Shown: positions 10,348 through 23,232, counted from the stretch's first letter. The stretch is 64,000 bases of DNA from Marsupella aquatica (GCA_973895155.1 OZ316899.1:6389241-6453240); one strand, 5' to 3'. Translations and numbers: made by a program. Notes: generated by a model from the letters alone, not told the origin.

Positions 10348-12542
10348 GTGGAGGGGTCTGGATTTCAAAGACGCTCTAAGTCATCCACCCTCACCAAGAT
10401 GAGACCCTCATTCCTTTCATGTTATGTCAGCGACCCCATCCAAGGTTATTTCCAATGCAAGCCACCACCTAATTCAAAAGGAATTGAGTAATACCTGATG
10501 GGGTCTTTGTTGGAGTGCTTATAGAATCTGACTGACTGGCCTCGGCGGATTGTTCCTTGTCGACCTTCTTCTTGCCTCCTTCCTTTCGGGCCTTTTTCCC
10601 ATCATAGGCTGGGTCCATTGGGATTATGGCCTCCAACGCTATTGCCTGGGGCATAGAATCCGACAATTATCGCAGCCTGAATATATTGTAGTAATTTGTA
10701 GGCTCCTGTTGGTCCTTCAGCTTCATTGCACACTCCTTCTCAGCGTCATCGATAAAAGTATTCCAGTCACGGTACTCCATATACCATGGGCAATTTCAAT
10801 GTTCCCAATTGCAGACTACTCTACCATTAGGAATTTGGCCATCACATGGATACATGCTAAGGCTCCCTTTTGGCTCCATCCAAGATGTGAGTGCCCATGG
10901 CAGCTCTTTCAATACGGATGCATTCATGTTCTCCTGATTGATTAGAAATCTTGTCATGCACCTCTTTGTTTGCTTTTTCCACAATTCTTTTAACAGGACC
11001 GTGGCCTTTCCGTCAATCCAAATTTCTCGGCCTAGTTTCAGTGATTTTTCTTGCACATAAGCTTGATAAAGCCTTCTGTAGAGCTATGCAAATTCCTCCT
11101 CTATCTCGGAAAACTCACGGTATATCTGTCTTTGGTAGGCCTTTGCAGAAAAATTGGTCAAAATCACACAACCAATGTGGTCAATGTAACACCACATTGA
11201 CCAGACCGCTAACCAGGATCTAATTGCAGCATCACCATTGCTACGTGGATGGTGATACATACTCTTCTCCTCCTCCATTTCAAAATGAGCTTTCAATAGC
11301 TTTACTCTACACTCTGCAGTTACCCAAGCCCTAGCAAACAAGCGGACCCTGTCCAAGCCAACCTGTACATTCATCACACCCTGCTTGGCGTCCTTTGACA
11401 ACTTGTGATACAGCTGCCGACATACCGGCATGAACTGGTCTCCATTGGCCGGATTCACATAGGCCGCAAGCTTGGGGAACTTGTTGCCCCAGGCCTTGCA
11501 TGCAACAATAATCATTGCCTCAGTCTCCTCCTCAGTTCTCTTCACACTCCACGGGTGCCCACGAGCTGCGTCTTGTGCCATCTCCTTGGAGATGTTGATT
11601 TGTCCCGCTTCAATGTTTGACCAAGACATGATGTCCACAGCGGCTTCTTTTGTCATATTCTTTGAGTACCAAGTCTTCCCATGTCCTTGATTTTGGGCCT
11701 TCATGAAAGCCTCCATTGTCTCCTTTGACATGAGCAAACTGTACTCCTCCAATGGAGTGTTCAATAGCTTTGCAACCCAATCAGCGTCATTAAACCAGGA
11801 CATCTTCACGATAGTCGCACTTATCCTGGAAATGACAAACAATACTCATAGCGGCAATTTCAGAGAGACTCTCCAAGATGGCACACAAGGTTTACACAAA
11901 CGGGTAATCACATTTTGCAAAAAGATGCGAATGAGAGTACTTACAAGTTGAGAGCATGCATTGCTTGCTCAACCGTCTTTAATCCATCCTTCCCAGCGTT
12001 CAAAAGAGAGAATCTGACGCACAGATGGTATTGCAATTGATCTGGATACTCAGAAGCAACTGCGGACCAGGCTGTGTATCCGTGGTTTCCATCAAAAACC
12101 CAAAACATCTTGTCCTTAAGGACTTTGAACTCCTCTGATGCATCACACTCTTGCTCAAACTGTTCATTGGGCTGAGTCCATAGAGGGTCCCAAAATGGCT
12201 TGAAGTTTGTCACTGTCTGCGTTTCTCCAATTTCATTGAACTTAGTGATGTGGAACTCGCTGAGCTTCACAACATACCCGCTCTCTTTGAATCCTTTTTT
12301 TAATTTTGCAACCGACTCATCTTGAAGATTCCTCACTGCCTCCATTGGCATGAGCCGGGACAAGGGGATCCGGGGCGGGTCCTTACTAAACTTTGTCTCA
12401 TACTTGGAGACGATCGACTCCCAGGCTCCCTTCTCAACAATATCAGCCAATTCCGCTACTCCAATAGGCTCAAATGATATATGCTTTGACTCAAACTTCC
12501 TCCTAGAGCTGGTTGACTCCATAAGTGGACCACCTTGTGAGC

Positions 12543-12850
12543 GAGTATGACATGTGTGACAGTAAACAGGAAACAGGTTTACTGGTACCAGCAAAAATTT
12601 ACTGTTACCAGAAAAAATGACAGTGTCAAAATATTTCCTAAAAAGTCACATTTCCCCCCCAAAAAAAGTTACAACATTTTTTGGCTAGCTTTGGGCGCTA
12701 GCAAAAAAATTGTATTCGGCAAAAAAAAACCAACTTTTTTCCAAAAAAAAAACATTCAAAAAAAATTTCAAAAAAAATTACACTCATTTTCCTGTTACCA
12801 GTTTATGTTTCCTATTACTGTTTGTTGTTTTGTGTCGTTTGTAAATACCC
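12543..12850. mobile_element. ~310-bp Mutator-like MITE inserted in exon 1 of the ParB-like gene
   Basis: Imperfect TIRs GAGTATGACA... / ...TGTAAATACCC and a 9-bp TSD cttgtgagc/cctatgagc (2 mismatches). Removal restores ...SRLMRS-QGGPLME. One central palindrome, and end-to-end similarity to 53252-53556. Confidence 0.7.
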
Positions 12851-14519
12851 CCTATGAGCGCATCAGTCGAGACATGACTGGCAAAGGAGACTTGGATTGT
12901 GGTTTCTTACTCTACTGAGAAGTTTGGCTGTCGGCAGGTCCAGCTCCAATTGAGTCTTTCCTCTTCGGCATTTTGACCTAAGATTACATGAGAAATGAAA
13001 GAGTTATTACTTGGCAATAGCTCGACCTATAAACCTGAGAAGATCTCAGCGAGCCCCGCCGAGAGAGCCAGTTTTCAAGGATACGCGGGGTCCAGCCTTT
13101 CACACGTTTGATTCATGTACAAATGGATTTGACATATCAAGAAAAAGGGGGAGCCAAGAGAAAAACCTGAGAGAATCACCAATGCTCACGGAAAATCACT
13201 GTCGCAAATGCTCACAAAAAATTGTTGTCGCAAATGCTCACGAAGAAGCTACCACTAGCTCACTGCCTCAAAACACCAACGCAATCCAGTAGACACGATA
13301 ACAGGGTTGCACAGGAGAGTTTACCGTGAGTAGGACGACTGAAGAAGAGCAGGAACAACGTGGATGTGAGCGCAGAGAAGTGAGATATTGCACAGACCAA
13401 TATGCGAAGATTGAGGAAGAGCACAGATGAGAGCGCGAACAAGTAAGGGATTGCGCAGAAGAGTGAGGCAGAGTGAGGAGGTCCGGGGATTAGTGATAAA
13501 GACGAGTGCAAACCTAATGTCACACCGTGGAAGAGTGACGAGGAAGGAACGACATCCACTTCAAAGAATAATGTACCGCACATATTGCACAATACTAAAG
13601 TATGCAATAGATACGGGAGATCCTAACTATACTTCAATACGTACATGTTGTTAACAGCCCAAACAAGAAAGTACACAATGCTAACACGAGTATTGACCAC
13701 TAGTACGAGAGAGTTTAGGGTACATTTTGGGTACAATTAGGGACTTTGGCCTACAACTCAAACGTGTCTGAATCTAGGAGACCCTTGCCGTCATTTCATT
13801 CCGAGGCCTACTAAGACGTGTCAACATCTTGGTGCCTCAGCTCAAAGAGGAAATGGTTGCCCAAATGCATTATCATTTGGGTGGCTTAACTAAAAGAGGG
13901 AATTGGGGTTAAGAGAAGGGGGAAGAGCACAAGTCAACAAGATCAAGGAGGGTTTGTTGGAGGAGACTTAATAAAGGCGGCCAATTATGTTTAGGGTTTT
14001 CTTTTAGTAAAGAATTTAGGGTTTAGGATTTAGGGTAAAATATGAGAAGTAGAAAAAAGTCCAACACTCTAGTGAACTTTGCGATAGAAATTACACCTCT
14101 TGGGTCAAATAGGTCGCCAAATGAGACCCAGCCTCTCGAAGACCCTCTCTAAGATGGAGTCGTGGGCGTACTTTGGCCAGATGACACAACTTGTGGACCC
14201 TCTTTACAGTTTCAAAGGGTTAGCTACAACATACACTATGTCTCTCAGAGACCCTCTCCAAGATGAAATTAAGGGTATTCCGTTTCAAAGGAAGGACCCA
14301 AATTGGTTCTATCCCACATTCGATGTCAGAGACCCTCACCAAAATACAAGGATGAACCCAAAAGTGCATGCAAAGCCTGACCGTACCGTACTTTTCAATG
14401 TTTGTACAATCTAATTATGTACGGATCGCGTGTTCGTACAAATCTACCATCCTTGATGCGGCCCAAATCCATCTCAAAGAGGCTCGCTGAGTACAAATAC
14501 TGTTGCCCAAATGACCCGA

Positions 14520-15017
14520 GTCCATCTCGGAGACCCCCACCAAGAATAATTTAGGGTGGAAACTAAATGACACTTTGACTGAGGAAGTGTTATGTGGGCC
14601 GCAAGTGTCCCTAATCCACCATAGAGAGGCGCGCTAGATAGCGCGACCACATGTCGGAGACCCTCATCGAGTAGGATTCTAGGTAAAATTCTATGAGAAT
14701 CCATCTCAGAATCTCGGAGACCCCCGCCAAGAATGACTTGGGATGAAAAGTAAATGACACTCAACGACCAAGGAAGTCCCTAATCCACCACAGAGAGGCT
14801 CTCCAGATAGCGCGACCATATGTCAGAGACCCTCGCTGAGTAGGATTCTAGGTAAAAGTTTATGAGAATCCATCTCAAAATCTCGGAGACCCCCACCGAG
14901 AATGACTTGGGATGAAAAGTAAATGACACTCAACGACCAAGGAAGACCCTAATCCACCACAGACTGAGAGGCTCTCCAGATAGCGCGATCGCATGTCAGA
15001 GACCCTTGCCGAGTAGG
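14520..15017. repeat. ~170-bp tandem repeat x3 with two GAGACCCYCRCYRAG motifs per unit
   Basis: gatagcgcg anchors at 14637, 14806 and 14979. Confidence 0.9.
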
Positions 15018-15322
15018 AAGTAGGCCAAAAATTTGTTCATCCTTAAAGTCAGGAATTTTTGCAGAGGGAATTATAAGTCGCACGATGGAAGAAGAAGAAT
15101 TTTTTTTAGGCAAGGCAGGACAGAATCTTGGAGAATATACTACATCCCCAGAGTTTGCATGTACCTTCTTGGCGGCTACTGGAAAATATGTACCTTGTAC
15201 ATGTGCAGAATCTGTACCTTCTTGGTGGCCGCTAGCAAATAGGTACCTTCTTTGTGGTACAGTTTGTTATATGTACACTCCGGATTCTATGATTGTTATA
15301 TGGTACGCGCGTTGTCCAAAAC

Positions 15323-15510
15323 GGTATTCTTGGCATAAAGTACAGGTACTTTAACGTCTGATATACCGCCCAAGTTCTAAGCCTAAAAGTGAGGTATTAT
15401 TGGCATAAAGTGGTACCAAGACTTTAAGGTCTGATGTACCGCCCAAGTTCTAAGCCTGAAAGTGCGGTATTATTGGCATAAAGTGGTACCAAGACTCTAA
15501 CGTCTGATGT
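15323..15510. repeat. ~70-73-bp tandem repeat x2.6 just upstream of the transposase start
   Basis: ggcataaag anchors at 15332, 15402 and 15475. Confidence 0.9.
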
Positions 15511-15954
15511 ATAAAGCCAAAGGCCTGGGGACTAACATTCCCAGTGTGGATTTGGGACACATGGCTTCTCTTGTGATAATCCGATCAGTGACCGGGGATG
15601 TTGTTGTTTTTTGTCAGATTGAGGGAGACAGTGTTTGAGTCACTAAGGAACATGAAGTAGCAAGCCAATTTGGTTTGAAGGTAGGGGATTTCATGATTTA
15701 CAAGGAGAGAGAAGATGGGCTATCCACTTATGCTGAATCCAAAGGCGATGGAGATGAGCAAGAGTGGTATCTGAAATGTGGCGTGTCCTATACTATATGC
15801 AAAAAGAAAGCGAGTTCATGCAATGTTAGTGAGGGTCTTGGAGATTTTACGCACTCCCCACAGATTGATGAACTGGGTGAATTATGGAACAATACATCGC
15901 GTCAGAAATTGTCCCATTTTTTGGAGGACATTCCCCAAGTTGGTAGACCCCACT

Positions 15955-16580
15955 CAAATTTGTCGCTAGTGTGGCAGGATCTTGGAGAGGCAGATGAGCC
16001 AGTGAAGGAGACACCTCGACCCAGCGCAATCAATCTCAGAGGGGGTCTTTGACATGGTGAACCTTCTCGATCAAGTACACCTCAGTCAAATTCATTCCAT
16101 ATGTGGGAAGATGTTGGAGATGTGGATACACCAGTGAAGGAGAAACCTTGATCAAGTGCATTCAATCTCAGAGGGGGCCTTCGAGTGGTGAACCTTCTTG
16201 GACAAGTACACCTGGGTCCAATTCATTCCAAATGTGGGAGGATCTTGGAGATGGTGATACACCAGTGAAAGAGAAACCTCGATCAAGTGCATTCAATCTC
16301 AGAGGGGGTCTTTGAGATGGTGAACCTTCTTGGACAAGTACACTTGGGTCCAATTCATTCCAAATGTGGGAGGATCTTGGAGATGGTGATACACCAGTGA
16401 AAGAGAAATGTCGATCAAGTGCATTCAATCTCAGAGGGGGTCTTCAAGATGGTGAACCTTCTCGGACGAATACACCCTAGTCTACATCATCCCAATTCTG
16501 GGAGGATCAAGGAGCTGCTTATACTCCACCAAAGGAGACACCTCAATCAAAGGCATTCCTTCTCAAAGAGGGTCTTTGAG
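15955..16580 (+). repeat. 132-bp (44-codon) coding tandem repeat x~4.7 in the transposase N-terminal region
   Basis: Unit translates WEDLGDGDTPVKEKPRSSAFNLRGGL(R/*)DGEPSWTSTPGSNSFQM, period 132 nt (16229 vs 16361). Confidence 0.9.
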
Positions 16581-18878
16581 AAGGCAATTTAGTATGGAAG
16601 GATGAGTTCCTTGTCAGTGTTGTTCATGTCATGCTACACGGGAAAGGGACCCCTCGATGTGTACAAGCTGCTCGTAAGATTTTGAGCACAAAATTGCCAA
16701 AGAGAGTTCAACGATTGCCAAAAGTGTATGATGGAGACCATGTTTTTGAGTTGCCACCTTTTACAGGTCCATTGCTCGAAGGGGTGTTTTGTTTTGGGCA
16801 TAAAGCAAAAGAATGATTGTTACATGTGGAGCAGGTTGATTGAGACAGGAGCAAATATCTGCCCAAAGCTAAACAACAATAGTCACTCTTACAAGATCCA
16901 AACTGTGAAGTGTTTGGGTTCTCTGCGTTGTATGCATAGGGATTGTGAGAATTTTGAAGAGCGCAAAGAGCACAATTCTACAAAGTGGACCCGAGATTGA
17001 GCAGGCACAAATGAGCTACCTTTCCCTATTGGACGCGACGTTCCCCTATCAAGTGTAATATGTAGCTTCTGCAGGAGGTCTCCTAGGTGTACAGCTGGAT
17101 GCCCAAGTGAGATGTACTACATCACTCCAACCAAGGACGACCTTAATTACTATCACAAGTCTTGTATTGCCATGCATGTTGGAAATCACACCCATCCTGC
17201 AATGTTCACGCACAACAAAGATCAACGGTCACTTGTGCATAATCTTGTGGAGGAGGAACTGAAGAGGAGTCCTACTGCACGGCCGTTTGTGATCAAGGTC
17301 GAAGCAGTACAGAAACTTAAAGATATTTTTGAGGACCCAGTGGCTGAGATGGTCACAACTGAGGAGGCAAACAACCTTGATGAAATGTTGGCCATTCTGG
17401 GCGACAAATCTATTTTCCGCTCGATGATCAGGAGCATCAAGAGATACTCTCATGTGTCGTCTGATGTAAGCATGATACTAGAGATGCAGAAGCATATTGC
17501 ATTTCCTTTTATCCAAAGTGTTTTGTTCCCAGCCCAGAACGTGGGAACAAATGAGCGGTTGCACATTTTAAAAATGAGTACAGAAGGTCCCGGGTCAGGA
17601 GTGGACCTTGTTTGAAGAATGCAGCCAGGAGGGGATCTTGAGCATTCTTGGGTGATGTCTGATGTCATGCACCGCATACTTGACAACAGATGGTGCACTA
17701 TGTCTGCACACGTATATGACCATTTCTATTGAGGCTTATGCACAATCTTTGTTTGCGATCTAGTTTCAAAAGATAGCAAGTCATTGCAAACTGCATGGAA
17801 GGTCATGAGGAGGGTATGTGAAGAACATAGGCTGAAGAATGTGCAATTCTGTGGATTTATGGCTGATAATGCTGCTGCTGGGTGGAATGCAATCCACAAT
17901 GGATTTTGGGATGGAAAGGTAAATTTCCATAGAGAGAGGTCTGATGCATTTCACTATGCCCAATCAGTACCAAAAGCATAAAGAATTGTTGGATTCACTT
18001 TGGCACGCCGGTAATATAGTTCTTGCCTATCGAGTTTTTGAGAGGCTGAAAACATGGTGGAATGAGGGCAATGCGCTACCAGGAAAAGCAAGGGAGCTCA
18101 CCACGTGGATGTCTTGGTGGATTGTTTGGTTTTCTCAGTGGGGAAACTTTTTGAGACTCGTAAGTGTCTTAATGCTTTCCCCCTCTATGCATGATATCCG
18201 TCAACACGTCGGATCTCGGCGAAGCTCTCCGAGATACGCTCTGATACACCTATTTTGTCTGTTGCAGAGAACATAAAAAATGACCAAAATTGAAATGTTT
18301 TCTGGAACAATATTGCACAAGATGGACAAAGAAAAGGCAGCACTCATGCCTAACACAGCAGGGCAGAGTTGGTACACGCATCTATGCATAAATCCTCATC
18401 TAGTACAAAGGTTGCCCGGATAGTACAATCTTGTACCCTGGATGCATCTCGTGCGTTGAGCCATAATGGAGCTTTGAAGAACTACAAACTCAATGGGAGG
18501 AAACGACAAAGACCAAGCTTGTTTGAACTTCGACTTCAAGATGCTACTGCCGTTGGGAATGTAGAATCTTTCTTTCCAAAATTGAACACCGTTGTAACTC
18601 AACCACACTTGCATGAGTTCTCATCCGCGGGCTCACTTAGCGGAGATGTAGAAACGGTTCCTATGAAATGCGGGAAGGCCGCTGCTGGCCATCATGTTGT
18701 AGTAGCAGATTCCCACCGGCTTGACATTGTTTTGGTAACCAGACCAAAGAAGAGGAAGTTCAAGGGGATTTCAAATAGGGATGCAAACTTGAAAAGCCAG
18801 GATGCTGAAGATGGATGTGGTGTGTCCCATGGCTCCCTTAACCCAAGAAACCCCTCTGCTCAAGCCGATTCCCACAGG

Positions 18879-21800
18879 TTTCGCTCTTGGCGAGGCCAAT
18901 TTCGCGGCTTAGCGGCATGGGACGCTGCTAACTTCCTTCTACTACTATTGCTATTAACATTTTACTCACATATACTGGACAGATCCTTCATCGGGTCATG
19001 AGATACGTAGCCGGCCTATTCTCGGCCTTCCCTTGTCCTCCTCTCTCGGTTTTCCTTTAGGTATGTTTGGATTCCGCCGCCGGAATGATCCCCAACTGGC
19101 TTGGGTAAGCCGCTAAGACCTCTCTCAGCTCGACACATCCAACTCTTACTACCTTGCTTACTCCCTTCTTGGTTGATGTGGGCAATCTTCAAACAAGTTA
19201 ATGCGACACACAAATAGCAAAATGACTCCTTCTGACTGAGTTATACCATGCACTTGCCATACAAACAGTACTTCTCATATACAAGATCTGCGAACTAAGC
19301 CGTGAGGCCAACTCTATTCATTTCTTAGGTATGAGGAAACATGAATATACACAAGGGTCACAGTATAACTAACCGAGAGCTTCTTTAACTACTTGATCCC
19401 AGCCCTGCTGGTGCACTAAAAACTTGCTAAGGAAGAAGGCTCTCAACTCCCCGCTGCCCAGGTACTTATCCTGGTAGTGGATCCGCCTAATTCCTTGCAG
19501 CGTAAGCCTAATCTACCTAACTGTAATCTACCTATGTATAGCGAGGCAGGAGCACAAGTGTTGCTCTTACCAGTGGATCCGCAATCCCACTAAGCTAAGT
19601 GTCAGGGCCGCCCCTTGGTCCTGATCCTAATTCTAAACTTGGAGATCTGAGCCCGCCCTGCCCACTCACGCCTCCTCCCTCCACGTCCGCCCTCCTTAAA
19701 AGGAGCGGCCCTCCACCACCGTCATGGCAGCGGTGTCTGGTCCTCAATGGACGCCCCCAACACTTCCTCCGCAGCCACTACCGTAGGTCCGTCCTCTAAC
19801 AGATTACCTGCTCCTGACCGAGTCAACTCTCCATCGGCCTGACTGGGTCCATCCTCGGCTTTGGCCTCAGCATCGGCCACGGCCTCCCCGGCATGTTCTA
19901 GTGATGGATCCGGTACCCCGGCTTCATCACCGAGTATCCTGGCCCCGGCTTCATCATCCCCGCCTTCTAGGGCAGTTGGATCCTCTACCGTGACCCTGCC
20001 TAAGGTTGGTGTTGGGTTTACCTCCTTGGTCACGACGGCTTGAGGAGCCGTATTACTCCCTGACCCAGAAGGTTTCTGCTTCTTCTTCTTCTTTGGTTCG
20101 GCAGTTGGCCCCTTCCCCTTGCCACTTACCTCCGGCACCGGTGCGAGTATCTCGGCTTGTCCTTTGGCCAGTACTACACCAAGTAACTTGGTTGCCCCAA
20201 TTGGAGTTGGTCCTGAGGAAGCCAAGCACTTAAATACTGCGGCCTATTTCTTCAGCCGCCCCGTTTGGTTGTCGGCTCGCTGCTGTAAGTTTTCCATCTT
20301 CCGTGTGCTTTACTCCAACTCCTCCTGCAATTCATCCAGGTCCTTGCGCGCCTCCTCCCGCTCCTTCTGGGCTTCCTCCAATTCCTTCTTTAAGGTCGCC
20401 CTCTCCTCCTGGGTTGCTCTCAGCTCCTTGTCGAGCTCCGTAACGACCTCAGACTCCATTTTATTCATCTTGGCATAAGTCTGGTCGAGCTGGTCGTCTT
20501 TCTCGCGGAGGTCGGCCTTGAAGCTAGCCGTCATGGATGCAAGCTCCTACCGCAGCACGATAATCGCCTGATAGGATTTCCCTAACTCAGCCTTCTTTTG
20601 CTCAAGGGCTCTGCGGATATCCTTGAGTTCCCCCTTCAGCGCCCTTTCCCTTCTTTGAGTTTCCACCATGGCCTGATTGTTGGCTACTATGTGGCCCTCC
20701 TCTGCGTCTCTCAGCTCTTGCTTCCACTTCTCCTTCTCCTTGATCGAAATCGGCCAGATCATATTGGGTCCGAGTCAGTTTATCCTTGATAATCTGATTA
20801 TCAGACTGCGCGGTATCCAATTGCCCCTGCATGATGTTGAGCTCATGCCGCTTAATCCGCAGCTCATCTTGGGCTTTCTTGGACGCCTTCAGGTCTTCTA
20901 CCTCGGCTTCCCTTGCCCTTCTTGCTTCTTTCCAAAGCCACCGCTTCTTCTAATTGGTGCTTCTCCAACATTTCCCTCTGGAAAAAAGGTCCCTGCTCCA
21001 ACTCCTCCCCAAAGATGTCGAGCGCAAGTTCCCCACACATCTCCATGTACTCCATGGCTCGTTCTTTAGCATAGGCGGAGTGAGCAGAAGTCATCGACAT
21101 CATCCACCGCGGCCTTTGTTCCCAGGCAGCCTTGCAAATTTCTTCTATCGTGGCTGGCGGGCTGTTTCATTTTTCTGCAAGCCGCCGGATGTCCTCTAGC
21201 CATTCTCCTCCTGGTAAATCCTTCTCCCTGCCAGGGCTGCCTCCTCTTCCTCCCTACGTCGTTCCTGAAACTCCTGCCATCTGTTTTATGCCGTCAAAAC
21301 TTGGGGGAGCGACATCTGGTGGGGGAGATTTGGGGCTGCTCTGCTGGGTCGGGTCCCCTTGAACTACTCTTGGAAGAGTGGGGATGAACCTGCCACAGGT
21401 CCTTATTCCTGGAACATGATGGTCCGACCCGTAGCCGGAGTCATCATTGTCGTAGCCTTCTACCGCCTCCTCCTCGGCTTGGACTACCGGCTCCCCCTGC
21501 TGCTGTCTTGGTCCTGCCGTGAACACAACCCCACAGATCACGGGTCCTGGTTCCTCCGGCTTCCACGTTGATCTCATCTTCTCCCCGTCGTGACCAGGGC
21601 CTTGGGCTGCTTCTCCTCGGCTTCGGGACTTGAAGCTCCTACATACATTTGGACTCCCGGCTCATGTTCCGGCCTCCTTCTCTCCTTGGCCCCGGTAAAG
21701 GGGTTTTCCCTGGTAAGTTGGCTAAGGCCAACTTTGGAAGCAGTATTCTGTACTGGCCCCGTTGCCGCTGCCGTTCTCCTTTCCTTCTCCAGCAATTTCA

Positions 21801-23232
21801 GCAGATTCTGCATGCCTGGTTGCTGCATCGGCAAGTCCTCCTTCCTTGGCCTAAACACTTGCTCGATTCTAGGACTGTCAGGCTGGGTCGGTTTCTCTGT
21901 TGCCGGCCATGGTTCCGGAACCTCCTCTGGTGCTCTTGCTTGTAGGGGCAGTACCGGGGCGAATATCTGGCTTCGGGCATACCGGCACAACAGCGGCATG
22001 TGATAACCAAGCCGGGACACGCTTCCCATGCTGATCACCAGTTGTTCCTCCTTCAAGATCTTCTTTAGTTGGGTGAGGAGGTACCCGTTGTAGTCTCGGC
22101 TTGGGTCTGGCCTCTCCGCCAGATAGACCTGTGCCTTGCCGATCTCTACCCTCGGCAAGTTACAATGCATGGTCACCCGCAAGAAATCGATCATTTCTCC
22201 TATGTGCGGGTTGGTGCAGGTGTTTCGGAAGAAGCCATTCTTTGTTGATGGCCCTGGAAACAACCGGAACTCCTTGTCTGGCAAGGTCTTCCTGGTATCT
22301 ACTTTGGTCTTATTGCCCATCGGCAAGCCAAACACTTTGGCAATCACCCGGGGAGTGAGATAGAAATCCTTCCCATACACCCTTGTGGAATTGGTCTCGG
22401 GCTCCCATGATCCCACGAATTCCAGTAAGTCTGAATCCGGTACCTCTGGCTTCAGCCATGGTAACTTTACGAATGCTTCCAAGCCGGATCCGGCCATGAA
22501 GCCCTGGTATTTCCAAGTCTTCATAGCCGTAAAGCATGCATCCTCTTCCCGCGCAAAGTGTAATTGCACCTCCTCGGGGAGGGTCGCCGCCCAGCCTTTC
22601 TAGGTGTCATCTCTTGTTGGAACGGCATTGATGGGGTCAACCTCCTCCTCTTCGACTTCCGTCTGCCTCTTGCTTCCCTGCTCTGTTGGTTTCCTGGGTG
22701 CCGCCGACCTTGTTCTTTTTGCAGGGGTGGCTTCTTCGTTGTTGTTCTTCGTAGGTCCCAATGTACTCAGTTGCCCGTTCTAATAGGCATCCCCAAAAAT
22801 GAGCAACTTGATTGACGTTGCTCATACCCCTCTTGAGTTGATCTTTGGTATCTGCTTCCACCCTGAGTGCTTTCTTGAGCAGCGGACAGCAGTTGGCCTC
22901 TCGTAGTCGTCCGCTTGGCTTGTGTTTGCAAATGAGCCGCCAGTCCTTGCGCTTGGTCCTTACCCCACCCCTTGGCTGGTCTTCCTTCCCGTTAGTAGCC
23001 GCCGATACTTAGCGCACCCTAACCCTAATCGTGTTTCCCCCAGCGTCCTTACTTTCGGCCTCGGCTCGGGTTCCATAGTCACCCTTAATTGTTTATATTT
23101 CCCTATTTTTGTTACCATAGTAAGGTGTTTCCTAGGGTACACTCCTGATTTTACTAATTAAACTGGCCTAATGATTCTTGGCTAGGCATCATAGTGGATC
23201 TGTTGTCCAATGGCTCTCGTGGCTCGGGCAAA
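18879..23232 (-). mobile_element. 4.35-kb insertion without TSD, imperfect TTT...AAA inverted ends, carrying an accessory-type ORF
   Basis: Removal joins GAT TCC CAC AGG | CTA GAT GTT (DSHR|LDVV), matching an earlier DSHRLDIV repeat in the same protein. No TG..CA ends and no gag/pol motifs seen. Confidence 0.7.
19722..22861 (-). pseudogene. Decayed TE accessory protein: plant-mobile-domain/Transposase_32-like region, coiled coil and low-complexity tail
   Basis: GLEAFVKLPW...EFVGSW...RVYGKDFYLTPRVIAKVFGLP...KNGF; E/K-rich heptads at 20310-20830; colinear ORFs broken by stops and frameshifts. Confidence 0.6.

Larger units (their letters stand above)
9054..12971 (-). pseudogene. ParB/Srx-like-helical-(MTase deleted) gene, copy 2
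   Basis: ATG at 12971 (MPKRKD...), with exon 1 split by a MITE. IPLSRLMPMEAVR...VAKLKKGFKESGY...FWVFDGNHGYTAW is a ParB/sulfiredoxin pattern. Phase-2 intron 11826-11944 is at the same position as intron 48-139 of copy 1 (AMHALN vs AMHTVN). The helical region aligns with 153-1322 (SWFNDAD/SWILDAD, DRVRLF/DRARLF, SMYP, CPWY), and the tail KVRSILNFESEE matches RLRSILNFDSDE. A solo LTR stands where the MTase core should be. Confidence 0.8.

Noticed and set aside
12543-12850. MITE acting as an introner (GT near one end, AG in the TSD)
   Set aside because: Splicing at those sites does not restore the reading frame.
13990-14040. True or healed telomere
   Set aside because: Only 3-4 degenerate TTTAGGG units, i.e. 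telo-box scale.
15955-16580. Regular arrays (also 14520-15017 and 32340-32930) as CRISPR
   Set aside because: Whole units repeat with no unique spacers, no cas genes are present, and the context is eukaryotic.
18879-23232. Firm DIRS or Helitron assignment
   Set aside because: No tyrosine recombinase, RT or Rep/helicase, and no TC...CTRR ends.
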